Shown here: positions 25,821 through 38,955 of the stretch, piece after piece | Position numbering within the stretch: position 1 is the first letter of the stretch | Layout: each line of letters opens with the position of its first letter | Source of the DNA: Octopus sinensis | Lineage: Eukaryota | Assembly (NCBI RefSeq): GCF_006345805.1 | Contig: NC_043006.1 | Span: forward strand, 48,360,001-48,424,000 | Direction of reading: 5' to 3' | DNA length: 64,000 nucleotides | The notes under the pieces: generated by a model | What the model saw: only the letters and a program-made list of their open reading frames with translations | Told to the model about the DNA's origin: nothing | Databases searched by the model: none | Program-made: the position numbers and the translations under genes

Positions 25821-26425
25821 TTTCTATATATAAACGTGTAAAAACACGAACATACTTACATATACATACTCATAAACAGTTTAAACTGCTTTTTCATCAT
25901 GAATAATGTTATCAAAACGTTATTGTTAAAGAAAAGAGTTTGCCTAAGAACAGCTTGAAATTGGAGTTACAAGAAAGTCATAGGTAAGCAATTGTTGTAA
26001 GTATTGAGTTCTCTAACTTCATTCGTTTGAAAAAAACAGCGCTGGTGCATACTATTCTCTGTGCATGTACACTCACAACACACGTACATATATATATATA
26101 TATATATTATATATTATATATATATATATAATTATTTATATTACGGAAGACTTTGGATTTGAGACAAATTGCTGGGTTATCAGTAAAATTTCAATCCATT
26201 AATACTTCATAAAAATATATATTTTGATATGAAATGCAAACATAGGCATTGAAACAAAACATGTTCAGCGATATTCTAATCATATGAATTTGTACATACG
26301 CATCATAGGCGCAATTATTAAAACTCACAAGAGTATATGGAATGGTGATACACCGTATAATCTGCCTATTCATTATATATATAATATATAATATATCTAT
26401 ATATATATATATATAAACGTATATC

Positions 26426-26460
<35 letters not shown>

Positions 26461-26865
26461 TACAAATAAGAAAATGGGAGAGAAATACATCTAAATCAAT
26501 TATCAACTACCAGATGATACCCAATCACATACTTTATTAAACCACTACATATGAACATTAAGGTCACACATAATAATATAGAACAAAACAATGTACATGA
26601 GGGAGTAATATGATACAATAAGTACAATATGTATATGAGAATATAAATAAATATAAATAAATATAAATATAAATATAAACTATACATCTTACAGCTGTTT
26701 TGGCCATGCAGATATGGGTGTCTCATTTTACTTATATTAGCCATGTGTGATAGGTCAATATGTATATAAGTATATTCCTTTCGAGCGTTAAACTAATACA
26801 CCTGCTTGCTATTCCTACACCTGTCTTATTTTGTCTTCTGTAAATTTGAACAATATGTGTATATA

Positions 26866-27270
26866 CACAGACATGCAGTAAGTAAATAGACACCTTTAAT
26901 TTTCAAAATTTCTGATCTAAGCGTCTTAATGTTTTCAGCAGTGTAGAATTTACAATGTAGTTATTCTTTTTTCATTCCAGGTGCCATTATATTAAACATT
27001 TGCGAAGAGAAACCGTGACACGCACAAAATAATTCAGCAGAACTGTCAGATTTTCAAAGATCGTATTATTTGGCAATCTGAAGCTGGTCTTAGCCAGCGA
27101 AAAATTGCCGAAAATCTTCAAATTCCTCTTGCTACTGTTAATAGAATGAAAGTGCAATTCAAAAGCGAGAAACTGGCCTTATGCCGCTTACGAAGCAATG
27201 TGAACTAACTAAAACAACAGATAGCACCTGGGTGGAAGACTATTGAAGCTTTTCAAAAATACCGGCTAGA
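26866..27270 (+). pseudogene. Tc1-like transposon 5' relic (transposase N-terminal HTH)
   Basis: Manual translation across a frameshift: SAELSDFQR/RIIWQSEAGLSQRKIAENLQIPLATVNRMKVQF. Confidence 0.7.
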
Positions 27271-27870
27271 CTTGAAGTGATGCAATGTCAGTCATTCAAC
27301 TGTAGAAGGTTTGTTAATGCACTCTTTATTTAGTAGGTTTCGCCCTTGCAATAAAATTGGACATATGAAGAGACATAATGAGTATGAGCAGAAGAAGCAA
27401 AGAAAGAGGTACTCAAACAGATTAATACTTGGCTTCTCTAATCAAAGCTACATTTCAAGGATTGGAATATAGAATCATCAAAGACTCGGCAAATGAAAAT
27501 ATTCGTCATAAGATTTACTGGACATCAACACGCGTCTGTCTATGTGCGGTCATGTCTTTGTGTGTATGTGTGTGTGGGGCGGTGTTTGTAAATGCGTATA
27601 TGTGTATACATATATCTATATGCGTACACATATATGTTTCAATGTGCGTTAATATCCGTGGGTGTGCATATGTATGTCTATCAATGTATATGTGTATTTT
27701 AACAGCCTTTATATGCTTGCGTATCTAAGTGTGTTATATGTGCATAACGGAGATCTTACACGTACCTGTTGTACGAGTAATATGCATACACACACATATA
27801 CACACATATACATACATATGCGTGTGTGTGTACATATGCATGCATGTATATCTATGTTTGTATATGTATG

Positions 27871-27954
<84 letters not shown>

Positions 27955-28274
27955 GTATTATATATATATATGTATGTATATATGCATATATGTATGCTCG
28001 TATATATGTACATACACGTTATATATGCATCTGTACATATGCATACATATGAGTGTGTGCTTGTGTTTATGTGCAAATATGTGAGCGTCTGTATTTTACT
28101 TCCTGGGGCGGGGAACCAGACATTAATTCCGAAATGTCTCTTTTGACATTTCAGTGTAAAATAGAAAAATTGAGAATTAATTTGATGTCTTTGACGGGCG
28201 ATGGCGGGATGGAGGTGAGTGTGGGAGCTAGTGGGGCGTATATCGTTCAGTCGTTGTTGTGGTGATATCATGAC

Positions 28275-28323
<49 letters not shown>

Positions 28324-28595
28324 ATGGTGGTGGTGGTGGTGGTGGTGGTTGTTGTTGTTGTATGTCCTGCAGCTATCATCTTGCAGGTTTCCAAGAACTA
28401 GTAATCACATCGAACTTGGTCAAATGATAAATGTATTAGGTCTCAATGGTTTTAGTGAGAGTTTTTATTGTCGTTGTTGTTGTTGTTATTGCAGTTATTA
28501 TTGCTTCTGATGCTGCTGTTGCGCGAGGATTATTAAAATAATTATCAATATTAAAATGGAGGCGGCGAGCTGGCAGAAACGTTAAGCATCAACGG

Positions 28596-29012
28596 GCGTA
28601 GGAGTGGCTGTGTGGTAAGTAGCTTGCTTACCAACCACATGGTTCTGGGTTCAGTCCCACTGAGTGGCACCTTGGGGAAGTGTCTTTTACTATAGCCTCG
28701 GGCCGATCAAAGCCTTGTGAGTGGATTTGGTAGACGGAAACTGAAAGAAGCCCGTCGTATATATGTATATATGTATATGCATGTGTGTGTGTGTATATGT
28801 TTGTGCGTCTGTGTTTGTCCCCCCAACATCGCTTGACAACCGATGGTGGTGTATTTACTTCCCCGTAACTTAGTGGTTCGGCAAGAGAGACCGATAGAGT
28901 AAGTACTAGGCTTACAAAGAATAAGTCCTGGGGTGGATTTGCTCGACTAAAGGCGGTGCTCCAACATGGCCACAGTCAAATGACTGAAACAAGTAAAAGA
29001 GTAAAAGAGTAA
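28596..29012 (+). mobile_element. SINE family A, full length, inserted into the head of a family B SINE
   Basis: Complete head, microsatellite and tail; family B head at 28561-28590 resumes at ~29014. Confidence 0.9.
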
Positions 29013-29013
29013 A

Positions 29014-29600
29014 CTATTTAACAGGATTTCGCCTGTCTTTATGTTCTGAGTTCAAAGTTCAGTCGAGGTCAACTATGCCTTTCATTTTTTTCAGGGTCAG
29101 CTTAATAAGTATCAGTCGAGCACCGGGGTCGGTGTAATCGACTTATCATCTCTCTGGAAATTGCTGGCCTTGTGCCAGAATTTGAAATCAATATTGGCAG
29201 CGGTGAGCTGGCAGAAACGTTAGCACGCCGTGCGAAATGCTTAGCGGTATTTCGTCTGCCGCTACGTTCAAATTCAGCCGCGGTCGACTTTGCTTTCATA
29301 AGTACCACTTACGCACTGGGGTCGGTATAATGGACTTAATCCGTTTGTCTGTCCTTGTATGCCCCCTCTGTGTGTAGCCCGTTGTCGGCAGTAAAGAAAA
29401 ATGAAACGTTAGCAACACCGCACAAAACGCTTAGCGAGATTTCGTCCGTTTTCTCATTCTGAGTTCAAATTCCACTGTGATCGACATTGCATTTCATTTT
29501 TTTCTGGGTCGATAAAATAAATACAGTTGAGCGTTGGGATCGATACAATTGTCTAATGCCCTCCCAAAATTGCTGGTCTTTACCAAAATTTTGAACCAAT
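29014..29600 (+). mobile_element. Three SINE family B copies
   Basis: Cores and tails A and B. Confidence 0.8.
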
Positions 29601-30934
29601 ATTAAGATCTTAGACTCGTGATTAAAAGATTGTTGGTTCGATTCGTGTACCGGGCGACACATTGGGCTCTTTAGCAAAGCACTTCACTCTATGTTGCTTC
29701 ATCGATTCACTCATTTCTACAAAGTAAACATCTATCCAACTGTTTCCAAATCATTTCTACCATGCAATTCCATCATTATCGATCTTGACAATAGAATAAC
29801 AGACACTATCATGTTGCCATTATACGAAGATGACTTATACAGAAAAACGGTGACTATCTGTTCGACATGTGGATGGGGAAATGGCTGACATATTTTCCTG
29901 GCTTCTAGCACACTTTGTGGGTACCTAGGATACCTTCAGAAAGAGTGTCTACTGAAATTCAGGATTGTGTAGGGATGACAGCTTAACAATCAGGTATAAC
30001 GGGAAAGGTTATGTGTAAGATATATTTTAAAAGGACATGATAGAAATATATCACTATGTAACTTTTTATACATAACATTATACTTATATACATACTTGTA
30101 CTACCCTACAAAAATACGAACGAGTAAACGGTATATATACACAGGAATTCCAATGAACGTCCAACTACAATGAAAAATCATACAGCAGGCATGTGCAGGG
30201 GAGTTCCTCATCTGTCTTCAGACGAGACATTTCCATCAGTATTGCCTCCTTTCAAATACGCTTTCTCTATAACATGTATTAACGTAATAGAGAAATTCAC
30301 ACAGCAGGAGAACTGGGAAGCGGGAAGTAATCTGGTTTTATCAGCCTCACAATATAAATGTGGCCTTGTTCTTTAGTAAGACAAAATTTCTTTTACCTAT
30401 GTACAAACACAACAATTTTTTAACACTAATAATATGAATGTCAACTATTCTTACCTAGATAAAGTTACTCTATAGCTATCATGCAACTACTTAAATTATA
30501 TACATAGGTAAATTCTATAAACAACAACCAAACAGAACCTCCTGGCCTTAAAGCCTTAGTGGATTGTATCCTTCCAATGTGGAGATGTATAGAGCAACCA
30601 TAGCAGCATCTCGTGATATCGTTCAATTAGTCGTCAAATTTACTGCTAAAAGGCAATTAACTAACGACCGTATTATTCATAAATTGTAATACAAATATAA
30701 TTGAATTTAAACTATATCGAAAGAAACTAACCTTAGAAGCTGGTATACCAGCCTGGCCGTACTCTTGTGACTGAAATCAATATAAGAATAATTGAATGAA
30801 AGAACACACAAATAAAATAATACAGTTATATACTACAAAATAAAAAAAAATATATCAAATACCTATGTACAACAAAAAACTCAGTTCCATACATAGATCA
30901 TGTACTCTTATACATACTTCAACAATCTATGCAA

Positions 30935-30969
<35 letters not shown>

Positions 30970-31152
30970 CATATACATACATAAAATACATACATGCATT
31001 CAAACATTCATACATACATATGAATATGTCTATGAATACGTATAACTTGTGTGTACGTTTTCTGTAGACACTAGGCACTATGGCTGACAACCCAACCTGT
31101 GTACATGTCTAGATACACATACAGAATTATATATACATGTATATATGTATGC

Positions 31153-31246
<94 letters not shown>

Positions 31247-33354
31247 AGATACATATATAAACATATATACATATATGTAAACAGTTGGATATATATACAT
31301 GTATTCGGAAATATATGTGTATATACATACATACATACATACATACATGCATACATACATACATGCATGTGTGTATATACGTATGCATGTATGTAAAAAC
31401 CCATAAATATTAGTTGAAAGCCTGCAAGCAACATGCCTGATAACAGCAACATGTCTATTTAGTTGCAAAGAAAACAGACTCCCATTGATGAAACTATAAT
31501 TTCGTGTAGATGCACCATTATTTATTTCCACCTCTTTACAAGCAATTCTTTGATCGCATCTGAAGATCTGCTGACAAGGAAATTGCAGCATATCGAATTA
31601 AATCACGTGAACTGCAGGTCAGGCTTTCAATATTCTTGAAGAAACTTCCACAGCTATTGGCCTTTATTTTCTATTGTCGGCATAGCAACAAAATTACTTC
31701 TAAATCTAAAATTCTTAAAGATCAAAAGAGATACCTCAGTGACATTTGTGTGTGTCTGTGTATGTATCTGTTGTAGGAATATTTTAAAGCGCTTGCATAT
31801 GTACTTGCGTATTTGCGTATGTGTACATTTGTGTATACGTCTCTGTTTCAATGTCTATATGTGTTTCTTTTGGCGTGTTTATTTATTTGCCTTGTGTGTG
31901 CATTTATGTGTGTATATGCATATATGCGTTTATGTATCCTTTACATTTTTAAATCTTTATAGTTTCATCATACCTTGGTGAATGTAATCCACTGGTTACA
32001 GTGCTCGTATAAAGCCAGGCTGTACGTGGCATTGCCCAGTGGACAGTGGCAATCAGTTGCAGCCAGTTAGCTTGACAGCAAGTAGAAGCCATATCTCCCG
32101 CCACCGAAATTATTATTTTGATTTAGTGTGAGTCAGTCTGCTGCCACTGGACACTGGACTTACCAATTTTATAATGAACAGTGGCAATCACTTGCAGGCC
32201 GTTGGTTTGACAGCATGTGACGCGTGGTCATTGTGATTTACAGTATGTATACTGACCAGTGGACACTGGAATCACCAATGGACATTGTGTGGGTGTGAGA
32301 AGAGGAGCGTGTTGTATGACCTGGATTTTTTTCTTTTTTATAATATTGTTGATAGTTGGTCAGTGGTAAACCCAATGTCCAGTATTATTGCCAGTCTGTC
32401 TGGACTGGAGGCTTGAACTAATAAATCTAGTGGAGATAATAGAAATATGAAGACGAAAGGTTAACACTGTCTCTGGGGAATGTGTGAAGGGATCAGTACA
32501 GATGAAAAGGAAGTTGGTCAATGACCTTGTGAGCAAATCATTAACCTTGGGCTAATATAAACCTAAGGTGCATTGCATTGTGGTTGATGCTTAGTAATAG
32601 GTCATCAGTCAAACAATACTCGGATATAAGACCAAAAGTGTTCCATTCGTGACCGTCTTTTTCCTGGGTATTTTAATGTTCAAACTAGTAACTCTGATAT
32701 ATTACGCATCATAATCACAGATGTTGATAAGAGCTTATGTAGTCTTGATCTTTAAGACACACGTCCGTAAATACACGAGGAGAGACTTTCAGGTGAAGAA
32801 ACATTTATTGTAGTGCTTTTCATAGAAAAGGTGCGCGGTAGCCCCGACCCTGACTCTAGAAATGGCCTGCTGAGATCGAAAAAGGATTAGACAAATTGCC
32901 TTGTTTAATGAAATGAAGGTACTAATTCAGATGTTTGGGAGAGCTTATGTAATAATGATATCAAAAGAAGACACAAGTCTATAAGTATTAATGGGAGTTT
33001 AGTTAGTACGGATTTCAAAATAGGATGCTACTTCACAGATATAGAAGAGGGTTTATATAATGCCCATATCTAGCATACTAGCACTCAGATGCTGGAGAGG
33101 GTTTGATCCTCTGGATCGTCAACAGTATTTTTTTCGATAATACAGTTCATATATTAACTGCAGAATCTGCTTCTATACGACTTCTCCATCATGTCTGATC
33201 CTCGCAAAACTCGTTCTAAACGCCTTCCTCAATTCTACTTCCCATAATCTTAACCCTTCTCGACATGTTCTATATGGCATAGTGGTTAAGAGCGCGGGCT
33301 ACTAACCCCAAGATTCCGAGTTTGATTCCAGGCAGTGACCTGAATAATAATAAT

Positions 33355-33730
33355 AAGATCAGTAAATATAAAGACTTGCTAATAGAAATTGAAAAAATGT
33401 GGCATCTCAAGGCGATTACAGTACCAGTGATCGTAGGAGCTCTAGGAATGATAAGAAAAGGTACTGAAACCTATTTGAAAATGATACCAGGCTTACTATC
33501 CCTACAGGAAGTGCAAAAAATTGTGTTAACTGGAACGGCGTGTACTAAGAAGAGCATTATCGCTGTGAAAACAACATCCATTTATGAATTTATTTATTAA
33601 TTTTTTAAATACATATTTTACCTGTGAATTTGCGTGTGTAAACTGGGAATGCATACCATTAGCTTCCCTGCCCTAGGTGTAAGGAAAACACTCGGCGAGA
33701 AACGGAAGAAAATTTGAAGAAAGAAGGAAA
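33355..33730 (+). mobile_element. 5'-truncated Dong/R4-clade LINE (restriction-like endonuclease C-terminus + 3' UTR) in (AAT)n
   Basis: ORF 33322-33600 KISKYKDLLIEIEKMWHLKAITVPVIVGALGMI..LQEVQKIVLTGT fits the RLE KxxKY..VPVVIGALG motif; AAT repeats on both sides. Confidence 0.85.
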
Positions 33731-33823
<93 letters not shown>

Positions 33824-33887
33824 TAATAATAATAATAACATTGAAAATTACCTTAGGAATGAGAACCCAGGTTCAAAATTTCCCCAA

Positions 33888-33933
33888 GACACCTGATGAA
33901 GGCTAGGCGGTATATTAGCCGAAACATTGTGTT
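33888..33933 (+). ncRNA. Minimal type I hammerhead ribozyme motif
   Basis: gacac CTGATGA a ggcta-ggcggtatat-tagcc GAAA ca TT gtgtt; stem III ca is probably CpG-decayed cg. Confidence 0.7.
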
Positions 33934-34414
33934 TACAACAAACAAGATGAGGAAAAATATCCGTCAAAGGTAAATAATGTAAATAAAGTATTTTCCGAAT
34001 AATTTATTTTATTCACCCTTTGAAGGACGAAAAATAAAGATGATCCAACATTAATGAAATTACAATTTTAACGGATGTAACTAAATACTGCCCTCCATTG
34101 TTCCTTTTATCTTGCTGTATTCTACCATACAAAGTGAAACTGTGCAGGAGAAGCGTTAATGAAGAAAGCAGAATATGTCGTGAAGGGTTAAGGTTATGGG
34201 AAGTAGAACTGAGGAAAGCGTTTAGAACGAGTTTTGTGAGGATCAGACATAATGGAGAAGTTGTAAGGAAGCAGATTCATTTTGCAATGAACTGCAAACT
34301 TAAAGGCACCTTAGGGGCAGCTCGTGGAGTTATAACGAGAGACGGATTAAGTCTACGACCCAAATTAAATCTACCATCCAAATTATTTTAAAGTAGCTGT
34401 TACATGTTATAACA

Positions 34415-34870
34415 TATTGGTTTCAAATTTGGACATAAGGTCAGCAATTCCGGGGGAGGGAGCAAATCGATTACATCGTCCCTAATATATAACTGGTACT
34501 TAGGTGATCGACACCGAAAGGAAGAAAGGCAAAGTTCACCTCTGTGGAATTTGAACTCAGAACCTAATGACAGAGAAAATGTCGCTAAGCATTTTGCCAA
34601 GCGTGCCAACGCTTCTGCCAGCTGACCGCCTTTACATGTTATAGCGTATTATTACACATTTTGCGAGGCGGCGATCTGGCAGAATCGTTAGCACGCCGAG
34701 CGAAATGCTAAGCGATATTTCGTCTGTCTTTACGTTCTGAGTTCAAATGCCGACGAGGTCGACTTTGCCTTTCATTCTTTTGTGGTCGATCAAATTAGTA
34801 CCATTATACGTACTGGGATCGACTTAAACGCTTTCCCTAAATTATATTCTTTGTGCCTATAAGAGAAAAA
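34415..34870. mobile_element. Two head-to-head SINE family B copies
   Basis: Minus copy 34415-34632; plus copy 34665-34870. Confidence 0.8.
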
Positions 34871-36668
34871 GATTATTACACATTTTGATAAGGCTTTGAT
34901 GTCAGAATTTTTTGGAAAGTAGTTCCACCGGGATGAAGTTATGTTGGTGAAAAGGTGAACAGGGAAGATAAAAACCAAGGCGAAAAAGTAGGGGTTACTC
35001 ATAGTAGGGTCAATTCGAAGAACAGAAACACATATGCATTTGACTGGCTTCGATGGAAATTGTCCAAAACGCAATACCTTGGTGAAGTAGTATAATGTTT
35101 ATAGTAACACTAGAAGAGCTGAGGGAAGGATACACTGTGACGATGGACAAAATGTTGCAGAACGTTGTAAAGCGAACGGTTTTCCAATCAGACAGATGTA
35201 TTACATCAGTGTGGCATTAAATTCGTGTAATGTTTATAAAAAACAACGACAGCCGGTTATGTATAACGTTGGGTGTGAATGACAACTAGTCGTAAGAGAA
35301 GACGTTCTGTCAATGAAGTGTTTCAAATGTTTTGTGATATGATCAATGTGTGACAGTTTACCATAAACAAAGTCGGAGAATATTTCATTTTCTGTAAAAT
35401 AATCTTCAATTTAATGATTGCAGTAATTCACACAAACAGTAACAGCAACAACACCGACGACAAAACGGCAACAACAACGAGATTTCACAAAAAAAAGATT
35501 GGAAATTAAACAAATACAGCTCTTGACATTAAACAATATTTCAAGTTAATTTATTTTTCTAAAGTGTTCAGTTAGCAATTCTTTTATCGTTCCAGGTCAA
35601 GCTATAAATGCCACGAGAAAATCTCGCTCTATAAAAGGGTTAAAGAATAAAACGAAAGCATTGAATCACTAATTGAGATGGACAACACGTGGACGTATGA
35701 CAGCAATCTAGATATTTTCTCAATTTATCTTCCTTATACTTTACTGAATATTTCCTTTCTCTAATAAATTTATCTCTCGCAAACACACTATTTCTAGCGT
35801 CAACACCTCATTTCATTTCTTTCATCTTTTTCAGATCGATAAAATGATCAATCAATCAATTATATGAGAGAAGATGATGATTGTCTCTTCACTGATCAAT
35901 CATTGTTGATCAATAAATACGTCAGCCTCAGCTTTGAAAAGCTTAAATCGATTTATCACATATCTCCTTTCCTTACCCCACCCCCACTCCTGACCCACCA
36001 ATGGCCCGCCTCACACTTCAGTGATATTAGCCATAGTTTATCTTGTTTTATACTATAAATCCATTACTTTCCATTCCGTAGTTAATCACCGTAATCGTAA
36101 TCTTTGAATATAATCACCCACAATCCCCACCATCATCATCATCATCATCATCATCATAACAGTCCACGTTGTCGTCGTCACCATCATAACCATCATCATC
36201 ATCATCGTCGTTGACGTCTTTGTAACTATATTTAAAGATGATTCCGGGACAGAAAATGGAGACGCGTGGCCCAATGGTTAGAGTATTGGGCACACAATCA
36301 TACGGGCGTACGTTCGAGCCTTAGACTGGGTAGTGTGTGTTCCCCAGAAAAAAAAAAAACATTTCTTGCCACGTTGCTCCAATTCTCGATATTCAACTGA
36401 ACCAACGGAGGGCCGAGTGGGGTTCTATATCTCTTGAAGACTGTATAGGCTTCGAGAAAAATCAACAAAAAAAAAACATTGTCAATGCAATCAGGTTAAG
36501 CTCACATGCGAATGACGTCCATATTAGCGCAAAAACAAAGCATTAAAGAAACAACACCTAATTTAGCCGACACCATTATATTTTCAGTTCAACTACAGCC
36601 AGTATCAAATTAAGCTTTTGTAATTTACTTCGTCACTAAACCTTTAATCTATCCTTCTACATATTAAG

Positions 36669-36915
36669 GTGGAGGCGCGTGGCTTAGTGGTTAGGGTGTT
36701 GAACTCATGATCGTAAGATTGTGGTTTCGATTCCTGGACCGCGCGATGCGTTGTGTTCTTGAGCAAAAACATTTCATTTCACGTTGCTCCAGTCCACTCA
36801 ACTGGCAAAAATGAGTAACGCTGCGATGGACTGGCGTCCCGTCCACCTGGGGAACACATACGCCATTGAAACCGGGACCATGAGCCTGGCTAGGCTTTAA
36901 AAGGGCGCATTTATT
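36669..36915 (+). mobile_element. SINE family C
   Basis: gtggaggcgcgtggcttagtggttagggtg..ggtttcgattcc..ctggctaggctttaaaagggcgcatttattt. Confidence 0.85.
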
Positions 36916-36939
36916 TAATTTTTTTATTCTACGTATTAA

Positions 36940-37152
36940 GTCGGCGAGCTGGCAGAAATGTTAGCACGCCGGGTGAAATGCTTAGCGATATTTCGTCTAT
37001 CTTTATGTTCTGAGTTCAAATTCCGCCGAGGTCGACTTTGCCTTTCATCCTTTCGGGGTCGATAAATTAAATACCAGTTGCGCACTGGGGTCGATCTAAT
37101 TGACTGCCACCTCCCCCAAAACTTTCAGGTCTAGTACCTTGAGTAGAAAAAA
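36940..37152 (+). mobile_element. SINE family B, tail B
   Basis: Full head and core. Confidence 0.85.
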
Positions 37153-37489
37153 TTCTTCTACATATTCGAAATAGAAAGCAAACATCATTCGAACCTCGCC
37201 TTACTATCCGAAAACTTCAAAGGATACGTTGGTTAGTGTACTTTTAAAAAATAAACGAGGTAGTCAACGTTGGAACGTCTATCATAATCGAATTGCTTGA
37301 TCATGTTGACTTAAGGTGTCAGACAACAATAATAATTATTAAAAAGGTAATATTTATCCCTGCTTAAAAGTAGATGCTGTGTTAGAACATAGGATACTGC
37401 ATTATTTACCATGTGTGGCCTAGTGGTGCATATAGGCACTCGAGTATACATTGCTAGTGGGAAATAATCGTGCGCTACCTCCGCCGGAA

Positions 37490-37536
37490 CTACCAGATCG
37501 GGTGATTTCGGCCTTCCTTTGCTTTCTCAATCGTAG
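37490..37536 (-). ncRNA. Type I hammerhead motif, U3-A8 variant
   Basis: rc: ctacga TTGAGAA agc-aaaggaag-gcc GAAA tc-accc-ga TC tggtag; one mismatch in stem I and one in stem II. Confidence 0.55.
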
Positions 37537-38130
37537 ATGTCCGCGGCTAGAGATAAGAGAGATTTCTCCGTTAGCGATATATGCGTAGAATCTCAGTGTC
37601 TATTCAGACATTAGTGACGGAAATAGCCAGTGGCGATAAACATTATCTTTTGTTATTAATCCTGCTCCTGTCACTATTAATTATTAATAATAATAATCAC
37701 TTTTAATTTCATCGAAACAACAGAAATTTTGTTGGGTGGTGTATATAATCAGTTGAAATGAACCTAGAACTTGGCTGGTACTTAATTTTATTAATCTCGA
37801 AAGGATGAAAGGCAAAGCTGAGACCGGCGAGATTTGAACTCAGAGTGGGAAGACCCTTAAGAAATACCTTCAGGCATTTTTTTCCAACGCTCTAGTGATT
37901 CGCCCAGCTGAGACAAACAGCCACAGCGTTTTTTCTCCATCTATATCAAAATAAGAAATCATTACGTAAGCAATCTGTCAGTTTTGAGGGCTATCATCAC
38001 GTGAAGAAGAAACGGTAAACTTTCCTGACCTTTACTCTCTTAGTTCAAATCCCGCTGAGGTCAACTTTATCTCTCAACGCTTAGGGGTACTTAAATTACG
38101 GGTTCAACACTGAGGAGCCGATTCTACATT

Positions 38131-38212
<82 letters not shown>

Positions 38213-38438
38213 CTATCTATCCATCTATCTATTTATCTATCTCTCCCTCACCCTCTCACACACATACTTTTTCTTTTTCTCCTTCTTCCCTCGTTTCTCT
38301 TCTTTTTAGAAAAAAACTGCCTGCGTTCATAGCCAAGGCGAGATTAGGTTCCACCAGTTTTAAGTGCCCTAAATGCATCATTTCTAACGACGTTGTCCAA
38401 AGTTCAGGGCTAAATAAAATATATATATATTTATATAT

Positions 38439-38530
<92 letters not shown>

Positions 38531-38544
38531 GATGTTTATATATA

Positions 38545-38753
38545 TATTCTTTATTTGTTTCAGTCATTTGACTGCGACCATGCTGCAGTACCACCTTTAG
38601 TCAAGCAAATCGAACCCGGGACTTCTTTGTAACCTATTAGTTATTCTATCGGTCTCTTTTCAAAACCCGGTAAGTTACGGGGACGTAAACGCACCATCAT
38701 CGGTTGTCAAGTGATGTTGTGTGTGTGGGGGGCAAACACAAACGCACACACAT

Positions 38754-38793
<40 letters not shown>

Positions 38794-38955
38794 GACTGGC
38801 TTATTTCAGTTTCCGTCTACCAAATCCACTCACAAGGCTTTGGTCGGCCTTAGGCTATAGTAGAAGACACTTGCTGAAGGTGCCACGTAGTGGAACTGAA
38901 CCCGGAACCATGTAGTTTGTGAGCAAGCTACGTACCACACAGCCACTCCTGCGCA
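38545..38955 (-). mobile_element. SINE family A, full length
   Basis: Reverse complement of the family A consensus. Confidence 0.9.

Larger units (their letters stand above)
33275..33990 (+). mobile_element. tRNA-headed SINE-like element with (AAT)n spacer and hammerhead tail, interrupted by a Dong fragment
   Basis: A box TGGCATAGTGG (33275), B-box-like GAGTTTGATTCC (33318), (AAT)n, tail with hammerhead, ending in gtaaataatgtaaataa. Confidence 0.65.

Noticed and set aside
31430-31640. Minus-strand LQFP..HVAC, reminiscent of a Helitron helicase C-terminus
   Set aside because: Only a few residues match; the diagnostic TINKSQGQ motif is absent.
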